NCBI GenBank assembly: GCA_003213625.1
Contig: QCMT01000002.1
Span: 22,152 to 86,151, forward strand
DNA: 64,000 nt
Source of the DNA: OCS155 cluster bacterium AG-422-J23
GTDB taxonomy: Bacteria; Actinomycetota; Acidimicrobiia; Actinomarinales; Actinomarinaceae
Direction: 5' to 3'
Within the stretch, counting starts at the first letter, position 1. Every line of letters starts with the position of its first letter. The notes under the pieces were generated by a model. The model worked only from the letters and a program-made list of their open reading frames with translations. It was not told the origin of the DNA and did no database searches. Positions 1-9,034 of the stretch are shown piece after piece. The position numbers and the translations under genes were made by a program.

Positions 1-812
1 GCTTCCTTTAATGTTCTGGAGTCAGACAATAATAACTCCTCTGTTCCAACCTGAATCATAATTGGTGGACAGTTTTCATAATTGCCTGAAATTGGAAAGA
101 CTAATGGATTGTTTTGATCTGCATCTTCATTATTTAAATAACCATCATATAAATTATCATTATTTTCCCATACCTTCTTTATCATGGGACCAAGAAGTAT
201 ATCTCGATCAGCCATTTCGAGATTATATGATTCTCCAGTTCCAGCTGGATCTGCCCAAGGAGACAACAGGACTAAAGAGTTTGGTAAGTATTTACCTTCT
301 TCTTTAAGTTTCAGTAAAGTTATCAATGCTAAGTTTCCCCCTGCAGAGTCTCCTCCAATAGTTATTTGTTCAGATGAGTAATTAAAATCATTAATTAATG
401 CTTTGAATGCTCGGACTCCATCTTCCAATTGAGCTGGGTATTTATTTTCTGGTCCTAATCGATAATCAGGTACATAAATAGTTGTACCAGTAATATCTGC
501 CAAATAGCTTACTAAAGAGTAATGCGATTTAGGACTGCCCATAGAATAAGCACCCCCATGGTAATAAAGAAGAATTCTATTAGGATCTGACTTTGGAGTG
601 GAAACTTTCCATGTATTTATTCCATCTAAAGAAAGCTCTTCTTTGATTGTTCCTTCAACTTTTGGACCAAGTATTCCTTGAAGGTTTATAAACCATCTAA
701 AAAACCTTCTTTTACTTTTACTCATGTTTCCAGGACTTTCATACATTGAAGACATAAATACAGAAAATGACTTAAACCTTTTTATACTTTGTTCAGCTTC
801 TTTACTTAACAT
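1..812 (-). CDS. alpha/beta-hydrolase fold-3 esterase/lipase (HSL family), C-terminus cut by window edge
   Basis: Not in the ORF track because it runs off the window. Manual minus-strand translation from ATG at 812 gives MLSKEAEQSIKRF...YYHGGAYSMGS...GGDSAGGNLA..., i.e. the HGG oxyanion motif and GDSAG nucleophile motif in one frame. Confidence 0.8.
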   Translation of the reverse strand, partial: MLSKEAEQSIKRFKSFSVFMSSMYESPGNMSKSKRRFFRWFINLQGILGPKVEGTIKEELSLDGINTWKVSTPKSDPNRILLYYHGGAYSMGSPKSHYSLVSYLADITGTTIYVPDYRLGPENKYPAQLEDGVRAFKALINDFNYSSEQITIGGDSAGGNLALITLLKLKEEGKYLPNSLVLLSPWADPAGTGESYNLEMADRDILLGPMIKKVWENNDNLYDGYLNNEDADQNNPLVFPISGNYENCPPIMIQVGTEELLLSDSRTLKE

Positions 813-837
813 ATAGTTAATGATAAAGATAAATCAT

Positions 838-1257
838 CTATGATGCACCAAATTCTTTTTCTAGAAGTGTTTTTAGATCTTCCAAGCTCTCAACAATATC
901 TTCTCCGTAATTAAATATCCCCCAAACAAAATTGTTTATTGGTTTTATGGTATTTGCACTAATTCCAATCAATCTTTTACCTGCCTTATATGCATAACCA
1001 ATTTCCGCTGCAGTACCTGAATCAACATCCCGCCCTGTTAAAAGAGCTATCACAATATCTGCTGGCTCTAAATATTCCATATCTACTTCAAAAACTTTAA
1101 CCTTTTTTTCAAAAGTGAAATCACCTGTAACTAATCCTGCATCTCTATGAGGAACAAAAGTAGAGATTCCATAACTTTCAACTATTTGTGCAATTTTTTC
1201 GAGATACTCTCTTTCATGATCATCAAATAAAGGCCCAGCAATGTATGCTTTTTTCAT
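838..1257 (-). CDS. nucleoside 2-deoxyribosyltransferase-like protein
   Basis: 139 aa; N-terminal KAYIAGPLF and SGTAAEIGYAY motifs typical of the family; 4-nt overlap with the upstream gene. Confidence 0.6.
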   Translation of the reverse strand: MKKAYIAGPLFDDHEREYLEKIAQIVESYGISTFVPHRDAGLVTGDFTFEKKVKVFEVDMEYLEPADIVIALLTGRDVDSGTAAEIGYAYKAGKRLIGISANTIKPINNFVWGIFNYGEDIVESLEDLKTLLEKEFGAS

Positions 1258-1973
1258 AATTTCATTGTATTTAGTAAATCTTTTATTTCTACCAGTCCTT
1301 TGTAATTTAAAACACTTTCGCTCATTGAGTTAATGCTATCCAATATTTTTGGATCCCAAACATCTATTAATGGAAATACCTCAACTTTAATTAAAAACAA
1401 ACTTGTATTTTCATCAATTGGTGTTGAGGTTTGTGTCTCAACTCTAAAATAAAGATTTTCAAAAGTTGTTAAATCTGGTTTTTTTAGTTTTGGATGTTCA
1501 CTCAATTCTTTACTAGTTGTTACGGTCCAGACCCATCTTTGTATTGTTTGTTTGCACATGTATTCTGAAAGTTTTTGACTAGAGGCAATCAACTTTGAAT
1601 TATCAGCCACAGGTTCATGAATAAATGCAAAATTTTTGCCTAGTTTTTCAGAAAAATCCCAACCACTTGGAAAACATATTGATCCAAGCTCCATATTTCC
1701 ATTGAACATTATTGCGAAGTCTTCTTCTAATCTACGTGATAAGTCTTTAATATTAAGTGTCTTTTCAAAGTTAAAAAATACTAATAATTTTTCAAGTAAA
1801 TTATTTTCTTTTGATATGGTCGTTTGACCAAAAATACTGTCTTCAAAAAAATTAAATTGTTTTTCTTTGTCAATCAAATATCGTTTATCAGGATTTTTAT
1901 TGTAAATGGGACCGTCAAACCTTGTCATTGAAGGATTGTTTGTAAATGGAACTTTTACATAATCTAATTTCAT
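1254..1973 (-). CDS. hypothetical protein
   Basis: 239-aa ORF, coupled to the downstream gene; no family recognised by eye. Confidence 0.6.
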   Translation of the reverse strand: MKLDYVKVPFTNNPSMTRFDGPIYNKNPDKRYLIDKEKQFNFFEDSIFGQTTISKENNLLEKLLVFFNFEKTLNIKDLSRRLEEDFAIMFNGNMELGSICFPSGWDFSEKLGKNFAFIHEPVADNSKLIASSQKLSEYMCKQTIQRWVWTVTTSKELSEHPKLKKPDLTTFENLYFRVETQTSTPIDENTSLFLIKVEVFPLIDVWDPKILDSINSMSESVLNYKGLVEIKDLLNTMKL

Positions 1974-2004
1974 TATTATTAAGTTTATATAAAGGAGAAA
2001 AATT

Positions 2005-2742
2005 ATGGATGCCGGAGTTCTTTTACTTCATGGATTATTTGAACATAAAGGAAGACATCAAATCAATTCAGACTGGTTTGAAAATTTAAATATTTCACCA
2101 CACTCCATTGACCTTCCTGGACATGGTGAAGAAACAATAATTAAGGGCCATATTGATTCGTGGGAGGAAAATAATGAAGCATTAAAAAATGGTTTTCGAA
2201 ATTTAAATAACCATGGTAAGAAAATTGTTTTTGGCCATTCTTATGGAGCATTAATTGCAACCTATGGAGTAATTAACGAAATAATTAAACCTGATTACTT
2301 AATTTTGTCTGCACCATTATTTAAAGATAATTATCCAAAATTTATGAGATCTCTCTCAAGACCACTTGGAAACATAGCACCAAAATTAAGAACAATATCA
2401 CCTATAACAAAACGAAATTTATCAACTGATAAAGATGTTGTAGTTGATTACTTTAAAGATCCATTAGTTTTTCGAACATTTACTTTTAGGTTGGGTGCTG
2501 AAATTGCATTTGTGCAAGATTATGTACAAGAAAATATAAATAGATTGACTATACCAACAATTGTTCTTCATGGTGATAATGACAAAGTTTGCCCAATTGA
2601 TGGGAACAAAGAAATTTCTAAATTAGAAAATGTAAGGTTTGTTACTGTAAATAACTCTATGCACGAAATTTTGAACCAAGATACAAGAATGTTTGTTCTT
2701 AGCGAGATACATGAATGGTTAAAGGATAACAATTTAATATAA
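2005..2742 (+). CDS. alpha/beta hydrolase (lysophospholipase/monoacylglycerol lipase-like)
   Basis: LLLHG oxyanion region, GHSYGA nucleophile elbow, C-terminal HGDND...MHE. Confidence 0.75.
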   Translation: MDAGVLLLHGLFEHKGRHQINSDWFENLNISPHSIDLPGHGEETIIKGHIDSWEENNEALKNGFRNLNNHGKKIVFGHSYGALIATYGVINEIIKPDYLILSAPLFKDNYPKFMRSLSRPLGNIAPKLRTISPITKRNLSTDKDVVVDYFKDPLVFRTFTFRLGAEIAFVQDYVQENINRLTIPTIVLHGDNDKVCPIDGNKEISKLENVRFVTVNNSMHEILNQDTRMFVLSEIHEWLKDNNLI

Positions 2743-2747
2743 TCATT

Positions 2748-2772
2748 CTTATTGCAAAATGTTTGCAATAAG
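2748..2772 (+). terminator. perfect 11-3-11 palindrome (cttattgcaaa-atg-tttgcaataag) followed by a T-run; candidate intrinsic terminator or operator
   Basis: Lies between the hydrolase stop (2742) and the cbiM start (2797); followed by ttaaattttttttat. Confidence 0.4.
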
Positions 2773-2796
2773 TTAAATTTTTTTTATACTTTTTAT

Positions 2797-3723
2797 ATGC
2801 ACGTACCAGACGGATTTATAAACGCACCAGTATCTGCAGCAACTGGATTAATTAGCCTTGGAACTATTTGGGCTTATATAAGAAATGCAAAAAATTTAGT
2901 TGCTGATCGATTAATAGCATTGACAGGAATGATGTCAGCATTAATTTTTGTTTTACAGATGATCAATTTTCCAATTGCAGCTGGAACTAGTGGTCATCTT
3001 CTTGGAGGTGCATTAGCAGTAATTGTACTTGGACCAAGTCTTGGAATTATTTGTATTTCTATTGTTGTTGTCATACAGTCTCTTCTTTTTGCTGATGGAG
3101 GTTTAAGTGCCCTCGGTGTAAATTTACTTAATATGGCTGTAGTGACTTCACTTATTGGATGGTTAGTAATATCTACATGGAAAAAATTATTTAATGAGAG
3201 TTACTCATCAATAATTTCTGGTTCATTTATAGCTGGTTTATTGTCAGTTGTTTTTTCATCAATAGCTTTTGTGCTTGAATATGCTATTGGAGGTACAGTC
3301 GCTGTACCACTTGGAAGTGTATTGATTGCAATGGTTTCAAGCCATGTATTAATTGGTATAGGAGAAGGAATTATTACTGGTTTGATTGTTTCTCTACTTT
3401 TAAGGGTTCGCTCAGATTTAGTCTATGTTAATCAAAATAAAGAAATTAAAAATAATGCAACTTCATTTTATGGAATATTTATTCTGTTGATTTTGTTACT
3501 GACATTGATCACACCATATGCATCATCATCGCCAGATGGACTTGAATCTGTCGCAGAATCTTATGGTTTTAATGAAGAATCTGGAATAGTTTTGTTTTTA
3601 GATGATTATGGAATTACAAATATTAATAATAATTTTTTATCAACTGTTCTAAGTGCTGTTCTAGGAATCGTTGTGATAGTTGTTTTATTTAATATATATA
3701 TAAAAGTTAAAAACAAGAATTAG
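2797..3723 (+). CDS. cbiM: CbiM/NikM-type ECF metal (Co/Ni) transporter S-component fused to a C-terminal PDGLE domain
   Basis: ATG at 2797 chosen so that the N-terminus is MHVPDGF (the canonical CbiM/NikM metal-binding N-terminus). Polytopic. C-terminal SSSPDGLESVAE motif plus a final TM helix. Confidence 0.8.
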   Translation: MHVPDGFINAPVSAATGLISLGTIWAYIRNAKNLVADRLIALTGMMSALIFVLQMINFPIAAGTSGHLLGGALAVIVLGPSLGIICISIVVVIQSLLFADGGLSALGVNLLNMAVVTSLIGWLVISTWKKLFNESYSSIISGSFIAGLLSVVFSSIAFVLEYAIGGTVAVPLGSVLIAMVSSHVLIGIGEGIITGLIVSLLLRVRSDLVYVNQNKEIKNNATSFYGIFILLILLLTLITPYASSSPDGLESVAESYGFNEESGIVLFLDDYGITNINNNFLSTVLSAVLGIVVIVVLFNIYIKVKNKN

Positions 3724-4057
3724 AGTGGGAAAAAATTTATTATTTTTTTTTGAAATCTTTAGATATTTTATTTATCTTTAAATTAACTTTTTGTGAAGAA
3801 AATCTTTATAGAGGATCATTACAAGAAGGGTAAGAGATAACCCTTGAAGAAGTGAGTTTTGGCAACAAAACAAGCGGAGTATTCAAGGGTTTTCTCATTT
3901 TTACTAACATTGTTCTTTTGTTTAACTTCTATTTAATTCAATAATTCATAATTAAATTAAATACTACGCTACTCCCTTAAAGTTGTTGGTATACAAAAAC
4001 TCCCCAGTTATGAAGAACTGGGGCGTTCAGAAAAATAATTTATATTAATATTTTGAT

Positions 4058-4636
4058 ATGACTTCAAAAAATCAATTGGAACTGCTTCATAAAGAATGCA
4101 GGAAGTGCAAAGAGTGTTCACTCGCAAAAACTAGAACCAATGTTGTAGTAGCAAAAGGTAATCCTGATGCAGAAATTTTAATAATCGGTGAAGGGCCAGG
4201 AGAACAAGAGGATATTACTGGTTTTCCTTTTGTAGGTAGAGCTGGAAAAATGTTGGATTCAGCTCTTAACTCAGTCGAAATTGATCCTCTAGAAGATTGT
4301 TATATTACAAATATTGTGAAATGTAGACCTCCTAACAATAGAAAACCGTCTTTAGAAGAAGCCAAGTCTTGTATTCCTTGGCTTGATAAACAAATCGATT
4401 TTTTAGATCCTAAAATTATTGTGCTTGCAGGATCTACAGCTGTTGAGTCTTTTCTCAATATAAAACAACCAATATCCAAAATTAGAGGCGAATGGATTGA
4501 AAAAGATGATATCAAAGTGATGCCAATTTTTCACCCATCATATCTTTTAAGAAATCCGTCAAAAGAACCCGGTAAACCAAAATGGTTAACTTGGCAAGAT
4601 TTAAAAAAAGTTAAAAAGGTATACGATAGCTTTTAG
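4058..4636 (+). CDS. udg: uracil-DNA glycosylase, family 4
   Basis: CRKCKEC cluster, GEGPGEQED motif, HPSYLLR motif. Confidence 0.85.
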   Translation: MTSKNQLELLHKECRKCKECSLAKTRTNVVVAKGNPDAEILIIGEGPGEQEDITGFPFVGRAGKMLDSALNSVEIDPLEDCYITNIVKCRPPNNRKPSLEEAKSCIPWLDKQIDFLDPKIIVLAGSTAVESFLNIKQPISKIRGEWIEKDDIKVMPIFHPSYLLRNPSKEPGKPKWLTWQDLKKVKKVYDSF

Positions 4637-5541
4637 TCTGAAAATTCATCCTTGGTTGTTAACAACAGAGAAGCAAAAATAAATAGGCTTGATATCAATA
4701 TATTTCTGTTAAATGTCTCTCCTAAAAATAGAACCCCTGCTGTAACACCAACCACGGGTACTAAGTAGTCAATACTTGCCACTTGCAAAGCACTAACTCT
4801 TTGAATAAGCCATGTAAATGAAAGAAAAGCTCCAAGATTACATACAACAAGTGCTACTAATCTCAAAAGCTGAGATAGATTTAAGATATCTATACCTACA
4901 CCGGAAATAAAGAATGTAAGCAAAGTCAAAATTATTACAAGTGGGTACTGAAATGTTAGCCAACTGTTTACCTTATACCTAGGTGCATATTTTCGATTTA
5001 GGACTGTAGCAAGAGCAATACATTGGACGCCAAGAAATGCTAATGATCCTCCTAAAAAAATATTTCCTTGATTAAGCAGTCCAGTTTCTTGTGAAATAAA
5101 CAAGTATGCTATGCCTGAAAATCCAACAACAACTGATAAATATTTAAGTTTTGATATCTTTTCTTCTTTTAAAATAAGCTTGACCCACATTGCCGTAAAA
5201 ATTGGTGCTGAGCTTATTAATAAAGTGACAAGACCAGATGAGATATATTGTAGTGCGAATATAAATGCCCAACTAACAAAAAATATTGAGGCCAATCCAG
5301 TAAATGAAGCTTCTTTAAGAAGTTGTTTATCAAATTTATCTTTATTGAAAATAATATAATATGAAAAAAGTAGCGTACCAATTATTAGTACTCTCGCAGT
5401 TACGAGGAAAATTTCATTAAGCCCTTCTAATAAAAGACTTCTTATAATTACATTTCCAGATCCCCACATTACACCTGCAGTTAAAACAGCTGAAATTGTT
5501 TGAATTAAAGAAGGTTTTTGAAGAAGATAATTATTTTTCAT
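4633..5541 (-). CDS. EamA/DMT family transporter
   Basis: 302 aa, about 10 TM helices arranged as two repeats. Confidence 0.75.
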   Translation of the reverse strand: MKNNYLLQKPSLIQTISAVLTAGVMWGSGNVIIRSLLLEGLNEIFLVTARVLIIGTLLFSYYIIFNKDKFDKQLLKEASFTGLASIFFVSWAFIFALQYISSGLVTLLISSAPIFTAMWVKLILKEEKISKLKYLSVVVGFSGIAYLFISQETGLLNQGNIFLGGSLAFLGVQCIALATVLNRKYAPRYKVNSWLTFQYPLVIILTLLTFFISGVGIDILNLSQLLRLVALVVCNLGAFLSFTWLIQRVSALQVASIDYLVPVVGVTAGVLFLGETFNRNILISSLFIFASLLLTTKDEFSD

Positions 5542-5604
5542 TATTGAGATGTTAATAATAAATTATAGATAGGTTGTTTATTCAAAATTTAAACTAATAT
5601 ATAA

Positions 5605-5700
5605 CTAACGGGAGCAGTAGAGCTGAGAGGGTTAAAAACCGACCGTATGAACCTGTTAGGTAATTCTAACGAAGGGATATTCGGTACTCTTATCCCATTT
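5605..5700 (+). promoter_or_regulatory. TPP (THI-box) riboswitch
   Basis: acGGGAGC..GCTGAGAGG..ACC..GAACCTGtTaGGTAATtCTAaCGaAGGGAta matches the conserved THI element blocks. It sits directly 5' of the transporter, whose SD/start (gaggtaattGTG) follows. Confidence 0.85.
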
Positions 5701-5716
5701 ACGAAATGAGGTAATT

Positions 5717-7096
5717 GTGCAAATTAGTGCAGATGTTTTAATAAATTATATTTTAATCTTTTTCATCCTTTTACTATTTCTTGTTTTAACGAGAAAACTT
5801 TCAAATAAAGAAGTTGGGGATGGATATTTTGTGATGTTAAAATCTCAAAATACTTTTAATTTGAGTCTTAGCTTTTACGCAAGTGGTATGGGACTTTGGA
5901 TTATTGCTTCTCCAGCGGAGGTCGGCTGGTATGGTTTAGGTTTTGATGTAATAGGTTACGCTATTTCAGCTGCAACACCTTTTGGACTGCTTTATTTTCT
6001 GGGTCCTAAAATTGTTGAAGCTGTACCAGATAAGGCAACACTACCTCAATATATAAACAAACAATACGGTAATTTTGCACAAATTTTTGTTTCATTAGTT
6101 GCAATCATCTATATGTCAGCTTTTTTAATTGCTGAATTTGCATCAATCAACTTTCTTTTTCCAGAGATATCTAACACTTCAGGCCTAATTGTTTGTATAG
6201 CAATAGCACTAGTCACATTCCTATATTTAAACTTGTCGGGTTTCAAAGCATCTTTAATTACTGATAGATTTCAGGGGATCTCGATAATTATTCTATTATT
6301 TATAGTTTTTTCTCTCTGGATTAGTCAAAACGGTTTAGGAGAAATTATCAAAGCAGCAAACATTGGAGGACTTAATTCATTCACACTTCCTAGCTTTAAA
6401 TCTGCTGTTGCAGTTATCCTTGCAGTGACTGCAGCTGAAATTTTTTCACAAGGTTACTGGCAAAGAACTTACTCAGCATTAGACGATAGCGTAATAAAAA
6501 AATCTTCAATTTTTGCAGGTCTTGGATGTTTTTTAACTGTACTAATACTTGGGATTGCTGGATCGTCAGGTGCTGGTTTTGGAATTGAGAACCCATCATT
6601 AAGTTTTATTCAACAAATACAATTAAATACTTTCTCAAGAATACTTGTTATAGGCCTTTGCACAATGTTGGTTGCATCAAGTATCGACACACTACAAAGT
6701 GCAATATCATCAACAATGGCTTTAGATATTGTCAAAAGTGGTGTTGCTGAAGCAAAAATAATCACGCTGGTTATAACATTTGGATCTTTAACCTTGTCGT
6801 TTTTTGTTACAAATATTTTTTCAGTTTTTTTATTTGCTGATTTACTAGCAGTATGTTTGGTTTTTCCAGCGTTTTATAAAATCCGCATGAGAAAAACAAG
6901 TCAAGGTATTGTGATTCCATTTTCACTAGGATTTGTTTCATCAATATTATATAGATTTAATTATGTTGATCTAAATATAAATCCTGGGGGGTTGTTTATA
7001 CCGACTGACATTTATGGACTTGCTGACTTAAATACTTTTGGTGTAGGTTTTATATTCTCTATAATTGGCACACTGCTTTACAACAGAATAAAATAA
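5717..7096 (+). CDS. sodium:solute symporter (SSS) family transporter, candidate thiamine-precursor importer (ThiV-like)
   Basis: 459 aa, polytopic, GTG start; placed under the TPP riboswitch. Confidence 0.7.
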   Translation: MQISADVLINYILIFFILLLFLVLTRKLSNKEVGDGYFVMLKSQNTFNLSLSFYASGMGLWIIASPAEVGWYGLGFDVIGYAISAATPFGLLYFLGPKIVEAVPDKATLPQYINKQYGNFAQIFVSLVAIIYMSAFLIAEFASINFLFPEISNTSGLIVCIAIALVTFLYLNLSGFKASLITDRFQGISIIILLFIVFSLWISQNGLGEIIKAANIGGLNSFTLPSFKSAVAVILAVTAAEIFSQGYWQRTYSALDDSVIKKSSIFAGLGCFLTVLILGIAGSSGAGFGIENPSLSFIQQIQLNTFSRILVIGLCTMLVASSIDTLQSAISSTMALDIVKSGVAEAKIITLVITFGSLTLSFFVTNIFSVFLFADLLAVCLVFPAFYKIRMRKTSQGIVIPFSLGFVSSILYRFNYVDLNINPGGLFIPTDIYGLADLNTFGVGFIFSIIGTLLYNRIK

Positions 7097-7109
7097 CATA
7101 AAACTATAA

Positions 7110-8993
7110 ATGAATCCTAATAATATATCTGACATTAAAAATTTGTCTGAGCTTCAAAGTAATGGTTCAGATATTGTTTACAAATCAACGAAAATAAACT
7201 TGGAAAACAATTCATATGAATCTTCAATTCATAAATTATCAAAAAATAAATGGACAGATTTAAAAAAGTCTACAAACTGGAATTTCTCAATTCCAAAATA
7301 TTCAAAAAATAATAAATTGATTTCATTTGTTAAAACACCTAAATCTTCGGAGATTCTTGACTCGCTTGAGAAAAAGAAAAATTCATCAAAAACTTATTTA
7401 GTTGTAAAAAATGGTAATAGTGAAAAAGTAATCTTTGATACTGAGGACTCAATTGTAAATTATGTTTGGAGTGAGAATAGCAAGTTCGTTTATGTGATTA
7501 CCAAAGAATGGTCTGATGAGTTTAAAAAAATTGAGAATAAAACAGATCAGCCTACAGTTATCAACAAGTTACCCTTCAGATTTGACACCACTGGAGTAAT
7601 TTACAATAAAAGATTTCACATTTATAAAATAAACATATCTTCATTAAAAATTGAAAAAATTGTTGATGGTGATAAGGAATCGTTACTTTCTATATCATCT
7701 CTAATTGAAGTGGGGTCGGATCTTTACTTTATAGGAAGTCAGCATAATGAAAACGGGACAATGCTTGAGGAACACATAATCAAATTAGTAAAGTCAAAAT
7801 TAGTAAAAATTAATTCTGGTGGAATGTTTAATCAAATCTTTAGTCTTAAAGATAAACTTTACGCCGTCGGCTTAAGAAAAAGATTCGATTGGCCAACAAA
7901 CACTACCATTTTAAAAGTCTCAGAAAATGGAAAATTGAGTTTTCTTGAGCATGAATTTGATAGAAATGTCGTGTCAGTAAAAATATATAATAATGAAATT
8001 TTTTGTTTATATGAAGACTCTGGAAAAACTCTTTTAAGGAATGCTAGTCAGAAAGAAACGATAATTGAAGAAGATATAACTATAAAAGATTTTAATTTTA
8101 TAGGAGAAGACTTGTATGTGATAGCAAATTCTTTCTCTCATCCCGATGAAATATTTAAATTGGTAAATGGGAGACTCAAGAAACTGTCTACCACAAATGA
8201 TGACTTCAATAATAATGTGAGAACATTTGGATGTGAATATCATCGAATAGATACTGGTCAATCTGATATAGACACATGGGGAATTTTTGTTGGGAAGAAT
8301 AAACCAACACTATTAAATATACATGGTGGACCTGCGAGTCAATATGGATACACGTTTTTTGATGAATTTCAAACATATGCTTCAGCTGGTTTCAATGTTA
8401 TTGCCTGCAATCCTAGAGGTTCAACAGGAAGAGGTCATGATTTCTTGAGAGATGTATGCGGAAGAAAATGGGGAGTTAATGATGTACACGATGTATTAAC
8501 TTCTTTTAAAAAAATGCTGAAGCTTATGGGTATTGAAAACAAAAATTACGGAATTATGGGTGGTTCTTATGGAGGATTTATGACCTCTTGGGTTATTGGC
8601 CATTATCCAAAAATGTTTAAATCTGCAATTGTTGAGCGAGCTTTGCTGAATTGGGAAACCATGGTAGGAACGTCAGATATCGGTATTGGTTTTCCTGAAA
8701 TGTATCTTTTAGATGATATGAATAATAATTTAAATTTATACAGAAAAAAAAGTCCAATCACATATGCAAATAATATTATTACTCCAACCCTAATTATTCA
8801 TTCTGAAAAGGACTATAGATGTCCAGTTGAACAAGCTGAACAACTGTTTTCAAATCTTAAAAGACGTGGTATTGATACAACAATGATTAGATTTCCAGAT
8901 GAAAGCCACGAACTTTCTAGATCAGGGAAGCCAAATCATAGAATTCAAAGGTTTGAATCGATAATTGACTGGCACAAAAAACAATTAACATAA
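7110..8993 (+). CDS. S9 family serine peptidase (prolyl oligopeptidase/acylaminoacyl peptidase-like)
   Basis: N-terminal propeller-like region; GGSYGGFM nucleophile motif; C-terminal EKDYRCP and ESHEL. Confidence 0.85.
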   Translation: MNPNNISDIKNLSELQSNGSDIVYKSTKINLENNSYESSIHKLSKNKWTDLKKSTNWNFSIPKYSKNNKLISFVKTPKSSEILDSLEKKKNSSKTYLVVKNGNSEKVIFDTEDSIVNYVWSENSKFVYVITKEWSDEFKKIENKTDQPTVINKLPFRFDTTGVIYNKRFHIYKINISSLKIEKIVDGDKESLLSISSLIEVGSDLYFIGSQHNENGTMLEEHIIKLVKSKLVKINSGGMFNQIFSLKDKLYAVGLRKRFDWPTNTTILKVSENGKLSFLEHEFDRNVVSVKIYNNEIFCLYEDSGKTLLRNASQKETIIEEDITIKDFNFIGEDLYVIANSFSHPDEIFKLVNGRLKKLSTTNDDFNNNVRTFGCEYHRIDTGQSDIDTWGIFVGKNKPTLLNIHGGPASQYGYTFFDEFQTYASAGFNVIACNPRGSTGRGHDFLRDVCGRKWGVNDVHDVLTSFKKMLKLMGIENKNYGIMGGSYGGFMTSWVIGHYPKMFKSAIVERALLNWETMVGTSDIGIGFPEMYLLDDMNNNLNLYRKKSPITYANNIITPTLIIHSEKDYRCPVEQAEQLFSNLKRRGIDTTMIRFPDESHELSRSGKPNHRIQRFESIIDWHKKQLT

Positions 8994-9034
8994 ATAAAAT
9001 TTATTAAGACAATTAAAGTGAATACGAGGTATTC

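Noticed and set aside
62-381. Plus-strand ORFs 62-307 and 184-381 from the track
   Set aside because: They lie antisense to a much longer open frame with HGG and GDSAG esterase motifs that runs off the window. They are shadow ORFs.
4003-4024. Hairpin ccccagtt..aactgggg as an intrinsic terminator
   Set aside because: The T-run lies on the minus-strand side, but no minus-strand gene is positioned to be terminated there (udg is on the plus strand). On the plus strand no U-tract follows. It is kept only as part of the structured-gap finding.
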